From Mobula hypostoma (Eukaryota), in the NCBI RefSeq assembly GCF_963921235.1, contig NC_086108.1, forward strand, positions 682,001 to 746,000: a stretch of DNA of 64,000 nt. Reading direction: 5' to 3'. Made by a program: the position numbers and the translations under genes. The notes below the pieces were generated by a model. It had not been told where the DNA came from. It searched no databases and saw nothing but the letters and a program-made list of their open reading frames with translations. Each line of letters begins with the position of its first letter. Position 1 is the stretch's first letter. Below are positions 1-11,580 of the stretch, in pieces.

Positions 1-106
1 GAATGATAGAAAAATGTCAGAACCCCAAAGCCTCGCTTCTCCCCCCACCACCCCCCAGCCCATGGACAAGCAGCAGCATAGCATCAGTCCTCTCCCTCTG
101 CTCACT

Positions 107-1230
107 TAGAAACATAGAAAGCCTACAACACAATACAGGCCCTTTGGCCCACAAAGCTGTGCCGAACATGTCCCCACCTTAGAAATTACTAGGCTTACCT
201 ATAGCCCTCTACTTTTCTAAGCTCCATGTACCTATCCAAAAGTCTGTTAAAAGATCCTATCGTATCCGCCTCCACCACCGTCACCAGCAGCCCATTCCAC
301 GCACTCACCACTCTCTGTGTAAAAAAACTTACCCCTAACATCTCCTCTGTACCTACTTCCCAGCACCTTAAACCTGTGTCCTCTTGTGGCAGCCGTTTCA
401 GCCCTGGGAAAAAGCCTCTGACTATCCACACAATCAATGCTCTTCATCATCTTATACACCTCTATCAGGTCACCTCTCATCCTCCGTCGCTCCAAGGAGA
501 AAAGGCTGAGTTCACTGAACCTGTTTTCATAAGGCATGCTCCCCAATCCAGGCAACATCCTTGTAAATCTCCTCTGCACCCTTTCTATGGCTTCCACATC
601 CTTCTTGTAGTGAGCTGACCAGAACTGAGCACAATACTCCAAGTGGAGTCTGACCAGGGTCCTATATAGCTGCAACATTACCTCTCGGCTCCTAAATTCA
701 ATTCCACGATTAATAAAGGCCAATACACCTTATGCCTTCTTAACTACAGCGTCAACCTGTGCAGCTGCTTTGAGTGTCCTATGGACTTGGACCCCAAGAT
801 CCCTCTGATCCTCCACACTACCAAGAGTCTTACCATTAATACCATACTCTGCCATCATATTTGACATACCAAAATGAACCACTTCACACTTACCTGGGAT
901 GAGCTCCATCTGCCACTTCTCAGCCCAGTTTTGCATCCTGTCAATGTCCCGCTGTAATCTCTAACAGCTTTCCACACTATCCACAACACCTCCAACCTTT
1001 GTGTCATCAGCGAATTTACTAACCCATCCCTCCACTTCTTCATCCAGGTCATTTATAAAAATCGCGAAGAGTAGGGATCCCAGAACAGATTCCTGAGGCA
1101 CCACTGGTGACCGGGACCGACCTCCATGCAGAATATGACCCGTCTACAACCACTCTTTGCCTTCTGTGGGCAAGCCAGTTCTGGATCCACAAAGCAACGT
1201 CCCCTTGGATCCCATGTCTCCTTACTTCCT
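107..1230 (-). mobile_element. CR1 LINE, 5'-truncated (RT C-half, C-terminal domain, 3' tail)
   Basis: ORFs 247-723, 730-936, 1049-1306 with WIQNWLAHRRQRVVV, HLEYCAQFW, ERRRMRGDLIEVYK; (TTTCTATG)n-type tail near 107-120. Confidence 0.92.
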
Positions 1231-1468
1231 CCTTACTTGTTTCAGCAAGAAGCATCTGGCCCCACCCACTAAGCAAGCAATACCAAAGGCCCCCCAAAGA
1301 GACCATGTCTCTCTCTGTCTCTCCCTCTCTCTCCCTCCCCCCCCCCTTTGTCCCTCCCCTTCCACAGGGAGAGATCGCTGTTACAATGCAGCAGTCTTCA
1401 GCGTTGTTTATTCAAGCTCATCAAACTCAACAGCCAGCATACTTGGTGTGTAGCTTTTCATTGTGAAA

Positions 1469-1640
1469 ATGTTGTTGCTCCTTTTCACGCCTTGTGGTGC
1501 ATCAGGTGGCATTTTTTGCCATTTCCTTAGCATTTGTCTGCTTTTTAATGGATGGCAAGTATGCAAGGAACTGTCCAAATTTGAACCCAGGACCATTTGC
1601 CTCGAAGTCCAGTGCTGATGCCACTACACCACTGGCTGAC
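1469..1640 (-). mobile_element. tRNA-derived SINE, degenerate, probably related to the 2600-2789 SINE
   Basis: Minus strand has A-box-like TGGTGTAGTGG and B-box-like GGGTTCAAATT, followed by a short non-tRNA body. Confidence 0.6.
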
Positions 1641-1794
1641 TCACTTCTCATTGATACTATTGTAAATCTTTGTTCTACTGTGAATGCCTGCAATTCAATG
1701 AATGTCAGGCTAGTATATGGTGACATATACTTACTTTGGCAATATATGCTTTGGCCTCTACTCTCCCAGCTAACACGGCTTTAGAAAAAAATCT

Positions 1795-2040
1795 CCAACA
1801 TTATTTTCAGGAAAAGCCAGAGAGTTGATCTTATGACTTCAGTAATATCTGTCCCTTAATTATTAATCTGGCAGTTATTATGTTGCTGTCCGTGGGGCTT
1901 GCACTGCACAAATTGTCTGCCTCCTTTCCCAGATTACAATGGATCTGAAACACTTCATCGGATCTTTCACTGTACCTGTGTTCATAAATACGTGGGTCAT
2001 TGCGAAAGATACTTCAGAAATGCCCGTCTCTGTCTTTCGC
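1795..2040 (+). mobile_element. Ancient Deu-SINE (SacSINE1/AmnSINE1-like) 3' relic
   Basis: ttgctgtccgtggggcttgcactgcacaaattgtctgcctcctttcccagattacaa resembles the recalled AmnSINE1/SacSINE1 3' region TTGCTGTTTGTGGGATCTTGCTGTGCGCAAATTGGCTGCCGCGTTTCC. Confidence 0.6.
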
Positions 2041-2244
2041 TAGTCTCCTCGGTCTCCATAAGCTGATAAATTGTTGACTTGAGAGGAAAACCCAGGGGTA
2101 ATGCGTGTACTCCGTTAGTGTGTAAACACATAACAGATTTAGTGATGTTGTCTCTTCAAGGCACATTTCACAATTTTGAATGCAGGTAGCCAATGCTATT
2201 ACATTTTGAAGTTGAAAGTAAATTTATTAGAAAAGTATATGTTA

Positions 2245-2570
2245 CCATATAAGTTCAAAGGTTCTATGGTTCCATTTAATATCAGAGAATGTATACAATA
2301 TACAACCTGAAATTTTTATTCTCCACAGACATTCTTGAAACAGAAGAAAAATCCCAAAGAATGAATGACAGAAGAAATGTAAGGACCCCAAAGCCCTCTC
2401 AACCCTCATCAACCCTCCCCGCTTCCCCTCTGCCCTCTTATTCCAGGTGAAAGCATCAGCCCCCCCGCCCCACCATCCAAGCAATAGCAAATCCCCCAAA
2501 AATACACCATGATCTACAGTCCTTCTACGCTACTGTCCATCCCAATAGTTCGACAAGTCATAGGCTCTGT
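2245..2570 (-). mobile_element. Non-autonomous repeat with Rex1/Babar-type 3' tail (related pieces at 1-106/1231-1310, 18900-19187, 58960-59160)
   Basis: Shared 3' block ttcaggttgtatattgtatacattctctgatattaaa followed by a (TTTGAAC)-like microsatellite tail on the minus strand. Confidence 0.6.
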
Positions 2571-2599
2571 CTGTCATTTTGACAGCCATCTTTAGCAAC

Positions 2600-2789
2600 A
2601 CGTCCCGCTTGGTGGCGCAATAATATCAGCGCCAGACTCCGGAGCGAAGGTTCCCGAGTTCGAACCCAAGTCAGGTTGAGCGTCAAGCTAGCAACTTGGC
2701 CTTGTGAAAACAAGAATAGCTTGCTACGGAAACACAGTCATGACGATGCTCCGATAACTCCACTGCCGAGTTAAGGGCTCTTCTTCTCT
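2600..2789 (+). mobile_element. tRNA-headed SINE with RTE-like body, full length
   Basis: A-box-like TGGCGCAATAA (about 2613), B-box GAGTTCGAACCC (2656-2667), (TCT)n tail; perfect 11-bp TSD TCTTTAGCAAC at 2589-2599 and 2790-2800. Confidence 0.85.
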
Positions 2790-2802
2790 TCTTTAGCAAC
2801 GT

Positions 2803-3135
2803 AGATTTATTACCGAAGTACATATATGTCTCTATATACAACCCAAAGATTTATAGTCTTATGGGCATACTCAACAAATCTGTAGAATAGTAGCTATAAC
2901 AGGATCAATGAAAAATTAGCTAGATTGTAGAAAACAACAAGCTGTGCAAATGCAGATATAAATAAATAGCAATAAATATTGAGAATGAGATACAGAGTCC
3001 TTGGAAGTGCGTTCGTAGGTTGTGGGAGCATTTCAAGTGAAGTTGAGTGTAGCTATCCCCTTTTGCTCCAGAACCTGATGGTTGAGGGGGAGTAACTGTT
3101 CTTGAACCTGGTGGTGCAAATCCTGAGGTATTACC
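2803..3135 (-). mobile_element. Rex1/Babar LINE 3' fragment
   Basis: Minus strand caccaccaggttcaagaacagttac...ccatcagg, the TTRFKNSY-x-P-x-TIR terminal motif also seen at 29505-31182 and 34525-35095. Confidence 0.7.
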
Positions 3136-3264
3136 TTGAGATACATTTTATAGCAGGAATTTGTAGAAAAAAATACAGTAAAATTTACAAAAAAATGCAT
3201 AAACAAAGACTGACAAACATCCAATATGCAAAAGGAGACAAACTAAATAAACCAACACAGAGTC

Positions 3265-3502
3265 CAAGGATTGTGCTAGGGGCACCCTGCAGGTGTTGCC
3301 GTGCTTCCAGCGCCAACGTAGCATGCTGAAACTTCATTAACCCTAACCTGTATGTCTTTGAGATGTGGGAGGAAACCAGAGCAGCCAGAGGAAACCCTTG
3401 CGGTCACAGAGAGAATGTACAAACTCCTTACAGGCGGCAGCAGTAATTGCACCCTGATCAGTGACCACGAGCACTGTGAAGTGTTATGCTACCCTGCTGT
3501 CC
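3265..3502 (-). mobile_element. V-SINE (HE1-type); further copies at about 7240-7450(-), 39315-39540(+), 40135-40320(+), 43160-43380(-), 44390-44620(-), 48050-48320(-), 56423-56717(+), 57160-57440(-), 61250-61555(-)
   Basis: V-domain motif GTTTGTACATTCTC...GGGTTTCCTC-GG-TGCTC-GGTTTCCTCCCACA following a tRNA-like head. Confidence 0.8.
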
Positions 3503-3639
3503 CAGCATATGGTTGGCTTTTCAAAACCTTTGCCTGAGACGATGGTGGAGGCAAATCCATTTACAGATTTCAAACTACATTTTGAATGGAAAAAAAATCC
3601 CAAAATTATGAGATACAGAGTATTCAGCAGCATTGCTTT

Positions 3640-4312
3640 CTCGAGTCCTTGTGCAAGATTCCTTCAAGGTTAATTTGCAGGTCGAGTCTGGTGAGGAAGG
3701 CAAATGAAATGTTAGCATTCATTTTGAGAGGACTAGAATGTAAAAGCAAGGATGTAATGTTGAAACTTTATAAAGCACTGGTGAGGCCTCATTTGGAGTA
3801 TTGTGAGCAAGTTTGGGCCCCTTATCTTAGAAAGGATGTGCTGAAACTGGAGAGGGTTCAAAGGAGGTTTACAAAAATGATTCCAGGATTGAATGGCTTG
3901 TCATATGAAGAGCGCTTGATGTCTCTGGGCCTGTGTTCACTGGCATTCAGAACCTCATTGAAACCTATTGAATGGTGAAGGGTCTTGACAGAGTGGATGT
4001 GGAGTGGATATGGTGGGAGAGTCCGGAGGACACAGCCTCAGAATAGAGGGGTGTCCTTTTAGAACGGAGATGAGGAGGAATTTTTTTTAGCCAGAGAGTG
4101 GTGAATCTGTGGAATTCTTTGCCACAGGCAGCTGTGGAGGCCAAGTCTTTATGTATGTAGGCAGAGGTTGATAGATTCTTGATTGGTCAGGGCATGAAGG
4201 GATATGGGGAGAAAGTAGGAGATTGGGACTGAGAGGAAAATGGATCAGATATGATGAAATGGCGGTGAAATGGGCCAAATGGCCTAATTCTGCTCCTGTA
4301 ACTTATGGTCTA
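3640..4312 (+). mobile_element. CR1 LINE 3' fragment
   Basis: ORF 3586-3978 with LYKALVRPHLEYCEQVWAPYLRKD; CR1 3' hairpin gggccaaatggcctaattctgctcct. Confidence 0.9.
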
Positions 4313-4329
4313 AAGAGATGGCTCACTTG

Positions 4330-4737
4330 TCGTCATTTTGTGGTATGTCGTATGATGTGGGGGATCATGGTCTTTTATCTGTCTTTAATCTAACTGGGGA
4401 AGACCCCCTTCACCCTGTTCTTTACTCTATCTGTGATTGTTCTTGGTAAGTTTTTATGGCAGTGGTTTGCCATTGCCTCCTTCTGGGCAGTGCCTTTACA
4501 AGATGGTTAACCCCCAGCTGTTATAAAGACTCTTCAGAGGCTGTCTGCCTGGCATCAGTAGTTGCATAACCAGGACATGTAATATGCACCAGCTGTTTGT
4601 ACGACCTGCTCCCATGGCTTCACATGACCGTGAGGGGCTAAGTAGGTGCTACACTTTGCCCAAGGGTGACATGCAGACGAGCAGAAGGTAGGAGCACCTT
4701 ACTCTTCCTTTGGTAGACGTATCTCCACCCTGCCACA
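4330..4737 (-). mobile_element. Non-autonomous RTE-dependent SINE-like element, about 370-400 bp; copies at 7740-8066(+), 19745-20092(-), 37552-37925(+), 57880-58262(+)
   Basis: Five colinear copies; contain the Bov-A/RTE-like AGAAG(A/G)AGGCAATGGC(A/T)AACCAC motif and a 3' end ACCATGATCGCCCACGTCATACGACACGGCACATAA resembling the RTE 3' end at 24781-24840. Confidence 0.8.
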
Positions 4738-5208
4738 CTAGAAATGCCAAATGGCTCCCTTCATTGTTCTCACTCCAGGAGTCTGTAGGGACATACATAC
4801 AATGCTGATTTAAATTGGTAAATTTGTTTATTATTGGCCTGTCTATTGAGATACAGTGAAAAGCATTTTTTGTGTGCTATTCGGAGGATAATGACATCGT
4901 ATCAGAGTATTGAATTGTTACAAGGAAAATGTTAACAGACTGCAGAATAAAGTTACAGAGAAAGTGCAGGCAGACATAAGGTGCCAGGTTATAATGCAGC
5001 CGATTGTGCGGTCGAGTTCATTTTCTTATTCAATAGTCATCTAATAATGGAATAGAAGCCATTCTCAAGCTTGGTGGGATATGGTTTTAGCCTCGAGTAT
5101 GTATGTATGATCTTTGAATTGATTGGTTTATTAATTTACCATCGATCTATATGTATTTATTTGTTTATGTTATCATTTTATTATTTATTTGTTTTTAAAA
5201 ATTTATTT

Positions 5209-7121
5209 CATAGAAACATCTCTCATTGTGGATCACTCCAAGGAGAAAAGGCCAAGTTCACTCAACCTTTTCTTTTAAGGCATGCTCCCCAATCCAGGCA
5301 ACATCCTTGTAAATCTCCTCTGCACCCTTCCTATGGTTTCCATATCCTTCCTGTAGTGTGGTGACCATAACTGAGCACAGTACTCCAAATGGAGCCTGAC
5401 TAGGGTCCTATATAGCTGTAACATTACCTCTCTGCTCTTGAACTCAATCCCATGGTTGATGAAGGCCAATACACCGTATGCCTTCTTAACCACATAGTCA
5501 ACCTGCACAGCTGCTTTGAGGTCCTATGGACTCATATCCCAAGATCCCTCTGATCCTCCACACTGCCAAGAGTCTTACCATTAATTCTATATTCTGCCCT
5601 CATACTTGACCTATCAAAATGAACCACCTCACACTTATCTGGGTTGAACTCCGTCTGCCACCTCTTAGCCCAGTTTTGCATCCTATCAGTGTCCCACTGT
5701 AACCTCTGACAGCCTTCCACACTATCCACAACACCCCTAACCTTTGTGTCATCAGCAGATTTACTAACCCATCCCTCCACTTCCTCATCCAGGTCATTTA
5801 TAAAAATCACAAAGAGAAGGGGACCCAGAGCAGATCCCTGAGGCACATCACTTGTCACTGACCTCCATGCCTTCTGTGAGCAAGCCAATTCCGGATCCAC
5901 AAAGCAAGGTCTCCTTGGATCCCATGCCTCCTTACTTTCTCAATAAGCCTTGCATGGGGTTCCTTATCAAATGCCTTACTGAAATCCATATACCCTACAT
6001 CTACTGCTCTACCTTCATCAATGTTTTTAGTCAAATCCTCAAAAAAATTCAATCAGGCTCGTAAGGCACGACTGGCCTTTGACAAAGCCATGCTGACTAT
6101 TCTTAATCATATTATGCCTCTCTAAATGCTCATAAATCCTGCCTCTCAGGATCTTCTCCATCAAATTACCAGCTAGTAAGTAAGACTCACTGGTTTATAA
6201 TTTCATTGTCTATCTCAACTTCCTTCCTTGAATAAGGGAACAACATCTGCAACCCTTCAGTCCTCCAGAACCTCTCTCGTCCCCATTGATGATGCAAAGA
6301 TCATTGCCAGAGGCTCAGCAGTCTCCTTCTTCGTCTCTCACAGTAGCCTGGGGTACATCCCGTCCGGTCCCGGTGTCTTCTCCAACTTGATGCTTTCCAA
6401 AAGCTCCAGCACATCCTCTTTCTTAATGTCTATATGTTTGTTTTTCAATCTGCTGTAAGTCATCCCTACAATCGCCAGGATCCTTTTCCATAGTGAATAC
6501 TGAAGCAAAGTACTCATTAAGTACCTCTGCTGTCTCCTCCGGTTCCAAACACACTTTTCCACTGTCACACTTGATTGGTCCTATTCGCTCATGTCTTATC
6601 CTGTTGCGCTTCACATACTTGTAGAATGCCTTGGTGTTTTCCTTAATCCTGCTCGCCAAGGCCTTCCCATGGCTCCTTCTGGCTCTCCTAATTTCATTCT
6701 TAAGCTCCTTCCTGCTAGCCTTACAAGTTTCTAGATCTCTATCATTACCTAGTTTTTTGAACCTTTTGTAAGCTTTTCTTTTCTTCTTGACTAGATTTAC
6801 AACAGTCTTTGTACACTACGGTTCCTGTAATTTACCATCCTTTCCCTGTCTCATTGGAACATACCTATGCAGAACTCCACACAAATATCCCCTGAACATT
6901 TGCCACATTTCTTTGGTACGTTTCCCTGAGAACATCTGTTTCCAATTTATGCTTCCAAGTTCCTGGCCTGATAGCCTTATATTTCCGTTACTCCAATTAA
7001 ACGTTTCCTTAACTTGTCTGTTCCTATCCCTCTCCAATGCTATGGTAAAGGAGATAGAATTGTGATCACCATCTCCAAAATGCTCTCCCACTGAGAGACC
7101 TGACACCTTACCAGGTTCATT
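5209..7121 (-). mobile_element. CR1 LINE, internally deleted (end of endonuclease, linker, RT, C-terminus)
   Basis: ORFs 6816-7106 (GDGDHNSISF), 6423-6659, 6338-6568 (PGPDGMYPRLL), 5855-6052 (YMDFSKAFDK), 5532-5900 (VPQGSALGP, SKSADD), 5275-5508. Confidence 0.93.
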
Positions 7122-8223
7122 TTATGTATTTGTTTTATATTTTATCTTTAATATATTTTGTATTTAATTTTTTAAATTATCTATTTATATTTAATTAATT
7201 AATTCAAATATATATTATTTTTTACTATATACATTTATTTATTGGGATACAGCATGGAATAGGCCCTTCCAGCCCTCCACCACTCCCCCGTCCACCACTC
7301 CCCCGATTTAACCCTAGCCTAATCATGGGACAATTTACAATGACCAATTAACCTACCAACTGGTGTGTCATTGGACTGTGGGAGGAGGGGAATTGAACCC
7401 GGGTTGATATTACTATAAAGTGTTGTGCTAACCACTACACTACCGTGCCGCCTGTATCTTCTGCCCAGTGGGAGTGAGGAGAAGAGGGAGTATGTGGGTT
7501 CTTTGTATTATATGTCAGTTGATTTACTGAGGCAGTGAGAAATGTAGATGCTCCATGGATGGGAGGCTGGTTTCCATGATATGCTGAGCTACGTCCACAG
7601 CCTATACTTGAAGCTGTAAAATGGGGCAATCCTGCTGTCCCATCATATCTTGGAGGTGCTGACTGGAGATGGTAGAGCCTCCCCGAAAATAGCTGCTCTG
7701 ACACGTGTCTCAGGTTTTTTGCATTGTTTGAGGGGAGGGTGAGTGGAGGGTGCTTCTTCCGTCCATTCATCCTGCAGGTCATCATTGGGCAAGTTGTAGC
7801 ACCTTCTTAGCATCCACTCCTCCCCCTTCCCGGATCAGGGTCATGTGAAGCAATGGGAGTAGGATGTGGATGGTTGTATGAGGAGCTGGTGCATATTCCA
7901 AGTCCTGCTTATGCGACCATTGACGCTAGGTAGACAATCTCTGAAGAGTATTGATAATGGCTGGGATCACCTGTGTAAAGACACTGAAAGTTTGCCAAGA
8001 ATAATCATGGTTATGGAAAGACCATGATCGCCCCCGTTATACAACACGACACATAATAATGATGATGGGGGAGGGGGGCTGGTAATGGTACACCATAGCA
8101 AAGCCCGTTGCTGCCTCCAAAATCAAGATTCAAGATTGTTTAATGTCATTTCCAGTGCACAAGTGTAAAGGAGAATGAAATAATTGTTACTCTAGATCTG
8201 ATGCAGCACAAAAACAAGCAATG

Positions 8224-8880
8224 AGATTTAGATTATTTAGATTATGGGGACACTCAGTCCTCGTTTATTGTCATTTAGAAATGCATGCATTAAAAAATGG
8301 TACAATGTTCCTCCAGTATGATATCACAGAAACACAAGACAGACCAAGACTAAAACTGACAAAAACCACATGATTATAACATACAGTTACAACAGTGCAA
8401 AGCAATACCGTAATTTGATAAAGAGCAGACCATGGGCACGGTTTAAAAAAAAGTCTCAAAGTCCTGATAGCCCCAACATCTCACGCAGATGGTAGAAGGG
8501 AGAAACTGTCCCTGCCATGAGCTTGCAGCGCTGCAAGCTTGCCGATGCAGCCCCCTGGAAGCACCTGACCACAGTCTGACTCTGAGTCCGTCCGAAAACT
8601 TCGAGCCTCTGACCAGCCCTCCGACACCGAGCACCATCTCTGCCGAGCGCTTCGACCCCGCCCCGGCCGCCGAGCAACAAGCAAAGCCAAGGATTCGGAG
8701 CCTTCCCCTCTGGAGATTTCAGATCACACAGTAGCGGCGGCAGCGAAACAGGCATTTCAGAAGTTTCACCAGATGTTCCACCGTGCTCTCACGTCTGCCT
8801 CCATCAAATCAGAATTGTGCACGGCACCCTACTTAACAGATAACAGATATTCATCACCGGAGAGGCCGTGCGCGCTCCGG
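8224..8880 (-). mobile_element. CpG-rich non-coding retroelement with Rex1-type tail, inserted in an older Rex1 3' fragment (8120-8223 / 8881-9030)
   Basis: (TCTAA)-like tail and GACAATAAA near 8224-8272; GC/CpG-rich 5' part; the flanks join into a sequence like 36540-36740. Confidence 0.6.
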
Positions 8881-9548
8881 TGACAATAAAAATGCAAAAT
8901 AAATATAAATATATAAGATTAGCTTATATACATAGTTGATTGCATGTACAAAAAGTGAAGCTAGGCACAGGAGTGATTGTACATGAGGTGACTCTAACAG
9001 GAAATGGTAAAGTAGTGGTGGTTAGGCATGTGTTTCATACCAGTCTGGTGAGTGTGCTGCAAGAAACCCTGATTGATTTAATTTGTTCAAGAGATGGCAG
9101 TAGCCCTCGGTGCATGAATGGTGTTGACCCCCCTCAGCTAGTTGACAAAATTATCCCAGCCATAGAACTCCTGATGTGATTAGACTGGACAACAAATGTT
9201 TTTGAAAGTGTTGTTTCCTCAGAATTTTATTCTTCTGTTTATGATAGACCACTTGAAGCTGAACACAAATACATTTTCAGACTACTTGTAGGAATTTGGA
9301 GAAACAAGAAAATTAACTTTTATTATATGTTTAATTGCATAATGGTGCTGATGCTTTGCAATAGTTAACTAAACTGAAGATGTTTTGTTCATACTTTTCA
9401 TTTGTACAACGATAATCAGTCAGAATGCAGAAAATTAATCTTTAGTGACTCGTTGCACTTCATGGTTTTGTATGCTTGAAGCATGATGGCAACCATCTGC
9501 ATATAGTTTGGAGCTCTATAGTTGCCAAGAAAACTTTCAAGAACATCC

Positions 9549-11075
9549 TTAGACTATAAGACATGGGAGCAGAATTGGGCCATTCAGCCCATCGAGTCTG
9601 CTTCGCCATTCCATCGTGGCTGATCCCAGATCCCACTCAACCCCATACACCTGGCTTCTTGCCATATCCTTTGATACCCTGACCGATCTGGAAACAGTGA
9701 ACTTCCACCCTAAATATACCAATGGACTTGGCCTCCACCACTGTCTGTGGCAGAGCATTCCACAGATTCACCACTCTCTGGCAAAAAAAAATTCCTCATT
9801 ACCTCTGTACTAAAAGGTTGCCCCTCAATTTTGAGGCTCTGCTCTCTAGTTCTGGATACTCCCAGCAGAGGAAATGTCCTTTCCACATCCACCATATCCA
9901 GTCCTTTCAACATTTGGTTGATTTCAATGAGATACCGCCGTGTTTTTCTAAAGTTCCAGTGAGTACAGGCCAAAAGCTGCCAAACGCTTCTCATACATTA
10001 ACCCCTTCATCCCCAGAATAATCCTTGTGAACCTCCTCTGGACTCTCTCCAATGACAACACATCCTTTCTGAGATATGGGGCCCAAAACTGTTGACTTAT
10101 AGAGCCTCAGGATTATCTCCTTGTTTTTATATTCTTTTCCTCTTGAAATAAATGTCAATAGTGCATTTGCCTTCTTTACTACAGACTCAGTCTGTAAATT
10201 AACCTTCTGGGAGTCTTGCACAAGGACTCCTAAGTCCCTCTGCATCTCTGATGTTTGAACCTTCTCCCCATTTAGATAATAGTCCATACTGTTCCTTTTA
10301 CCAAATTGCATTATTGTACATTTCCCAACACTGTATTCCATCTACCACTTTTTTGCCCATTCTTCCAATTTGTCTAAGTCCTGCTGTGATCACATTGTTT
10401 CCTCAGCACTATCTACCCCTCCACCTATCTTCGTATTATCCACAAACTTTGCCACAAAACCATCAATTCCATTATCCAAATCATTGACAAACAATGTGAA
10501 AAGTAGCAGTCCTAATACTGACCCCGAGGAACACCAGTAGGCACCAGCAGCCAACCAGAAGAGGCCCCTTTTATTTCCACTTGCTTCCTCTTGCCTGTCA
10601 GCCATTCCTCTATGCCATTATCCTTCCTGTAACAGCATAAGGCTTTGTCTTGTTAAGCAGCCTGTGTGGCACCTCATCAAATGCCTTCTGAATATCCAAG
10701 TAAATGACATCCACTGCCATTCCTTTGTCTACCTTTCTTGTTACTTCCTCGAAGAACTCATAACAGATTTATGATGCGAGATTTGCCTTACAGAAACGAT
10801 GCTGTCTTTGACTTATTTTATCATTAGTCTCCAAGTACCCTGAAACCTCATCCTTAATAATACACTCTCCCAACCACTGAGGTTAGGTTAATTGGCCTAT
10901 AATTTCTTTTCTTTTGCCGTCGTCCATTCTTAAAGAGTGGAGTGACATCTCCAATCTCCCAGTTCTCCGGGACCAAGTGATTCTGAAAGATCATGAACAA
11001 TGCATCCGTTATCTCTTCAGCAAGCTCTCTCAGGATGTCGTCCATCTGGCCCAGGTGAATTATCCGCCTCAAGAC
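9549..11075 (-). mobile_element. CR1 LINE (different subfamily), degenerate RT and C-terminus
   Basis: ORFs 10854-11072 (NYRPINLTSVVG), 10390-10605 (FVNDLD, KFVDNTK), 9991-10341, 9710-9994; CR1 tail at 9549-9600. Confidence 0.9.
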
Positions 11076-11580
11076 TTTTGAGTTTGCCTTGAATGCTTTC
11101 CATGTGAATTTTCTCCGGTTTCACTAGGAGTTCTTCAAATTGCCTGTCATTGATGCCCTGTTTGATCTGTGGACCAACAAAAAAATCTTAGTATCAGTTA
11201 TTCTAACTTGAATTATGAATTGAAATAACAAATAGAGGTAAGATTTTAAAAAATGGTGCGTGATTAGGGAAATTTCATGGTGATTTTCACAACCAGCAGC
11301 CTAAAGTCCATGAGATTTACATCCAAAAGTATTCAGGAAGCATAATCTTTGTTATCTAGCATTATTTGCCACTAGAGCTTTGTGTTCAAGAGCAACACAC
11401 AGAAATACTGGAGGAACTCAGTGGGTCAGGCAGCATCTACAGAGGGAAATAAACAGTCAATGTGTCAGAGATATTAAGAATCAAAATCAGGTTTATTATT
11501 ACTGAAAAAACATAAGAAACTTGTTTTTTGGCAGCACTATAGGCAATACATAAATATACAATAAGTTATCATTAGAAATA

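Noticed and set aside
2600..2670. tRNA gene
   Set aside because: Has A/B boxes but continues into a non-tRNA body with a simple-repeat tail and TSD, so it is a SINE head; the same applies to 1575-1640.
8500..8880. CpG island promoter or GC-rich ORFs
   Set aside because: Lies within an inserted tailed retroelement; overlapping ORFs show no recognisable domain. The same applies to 59330-59768.
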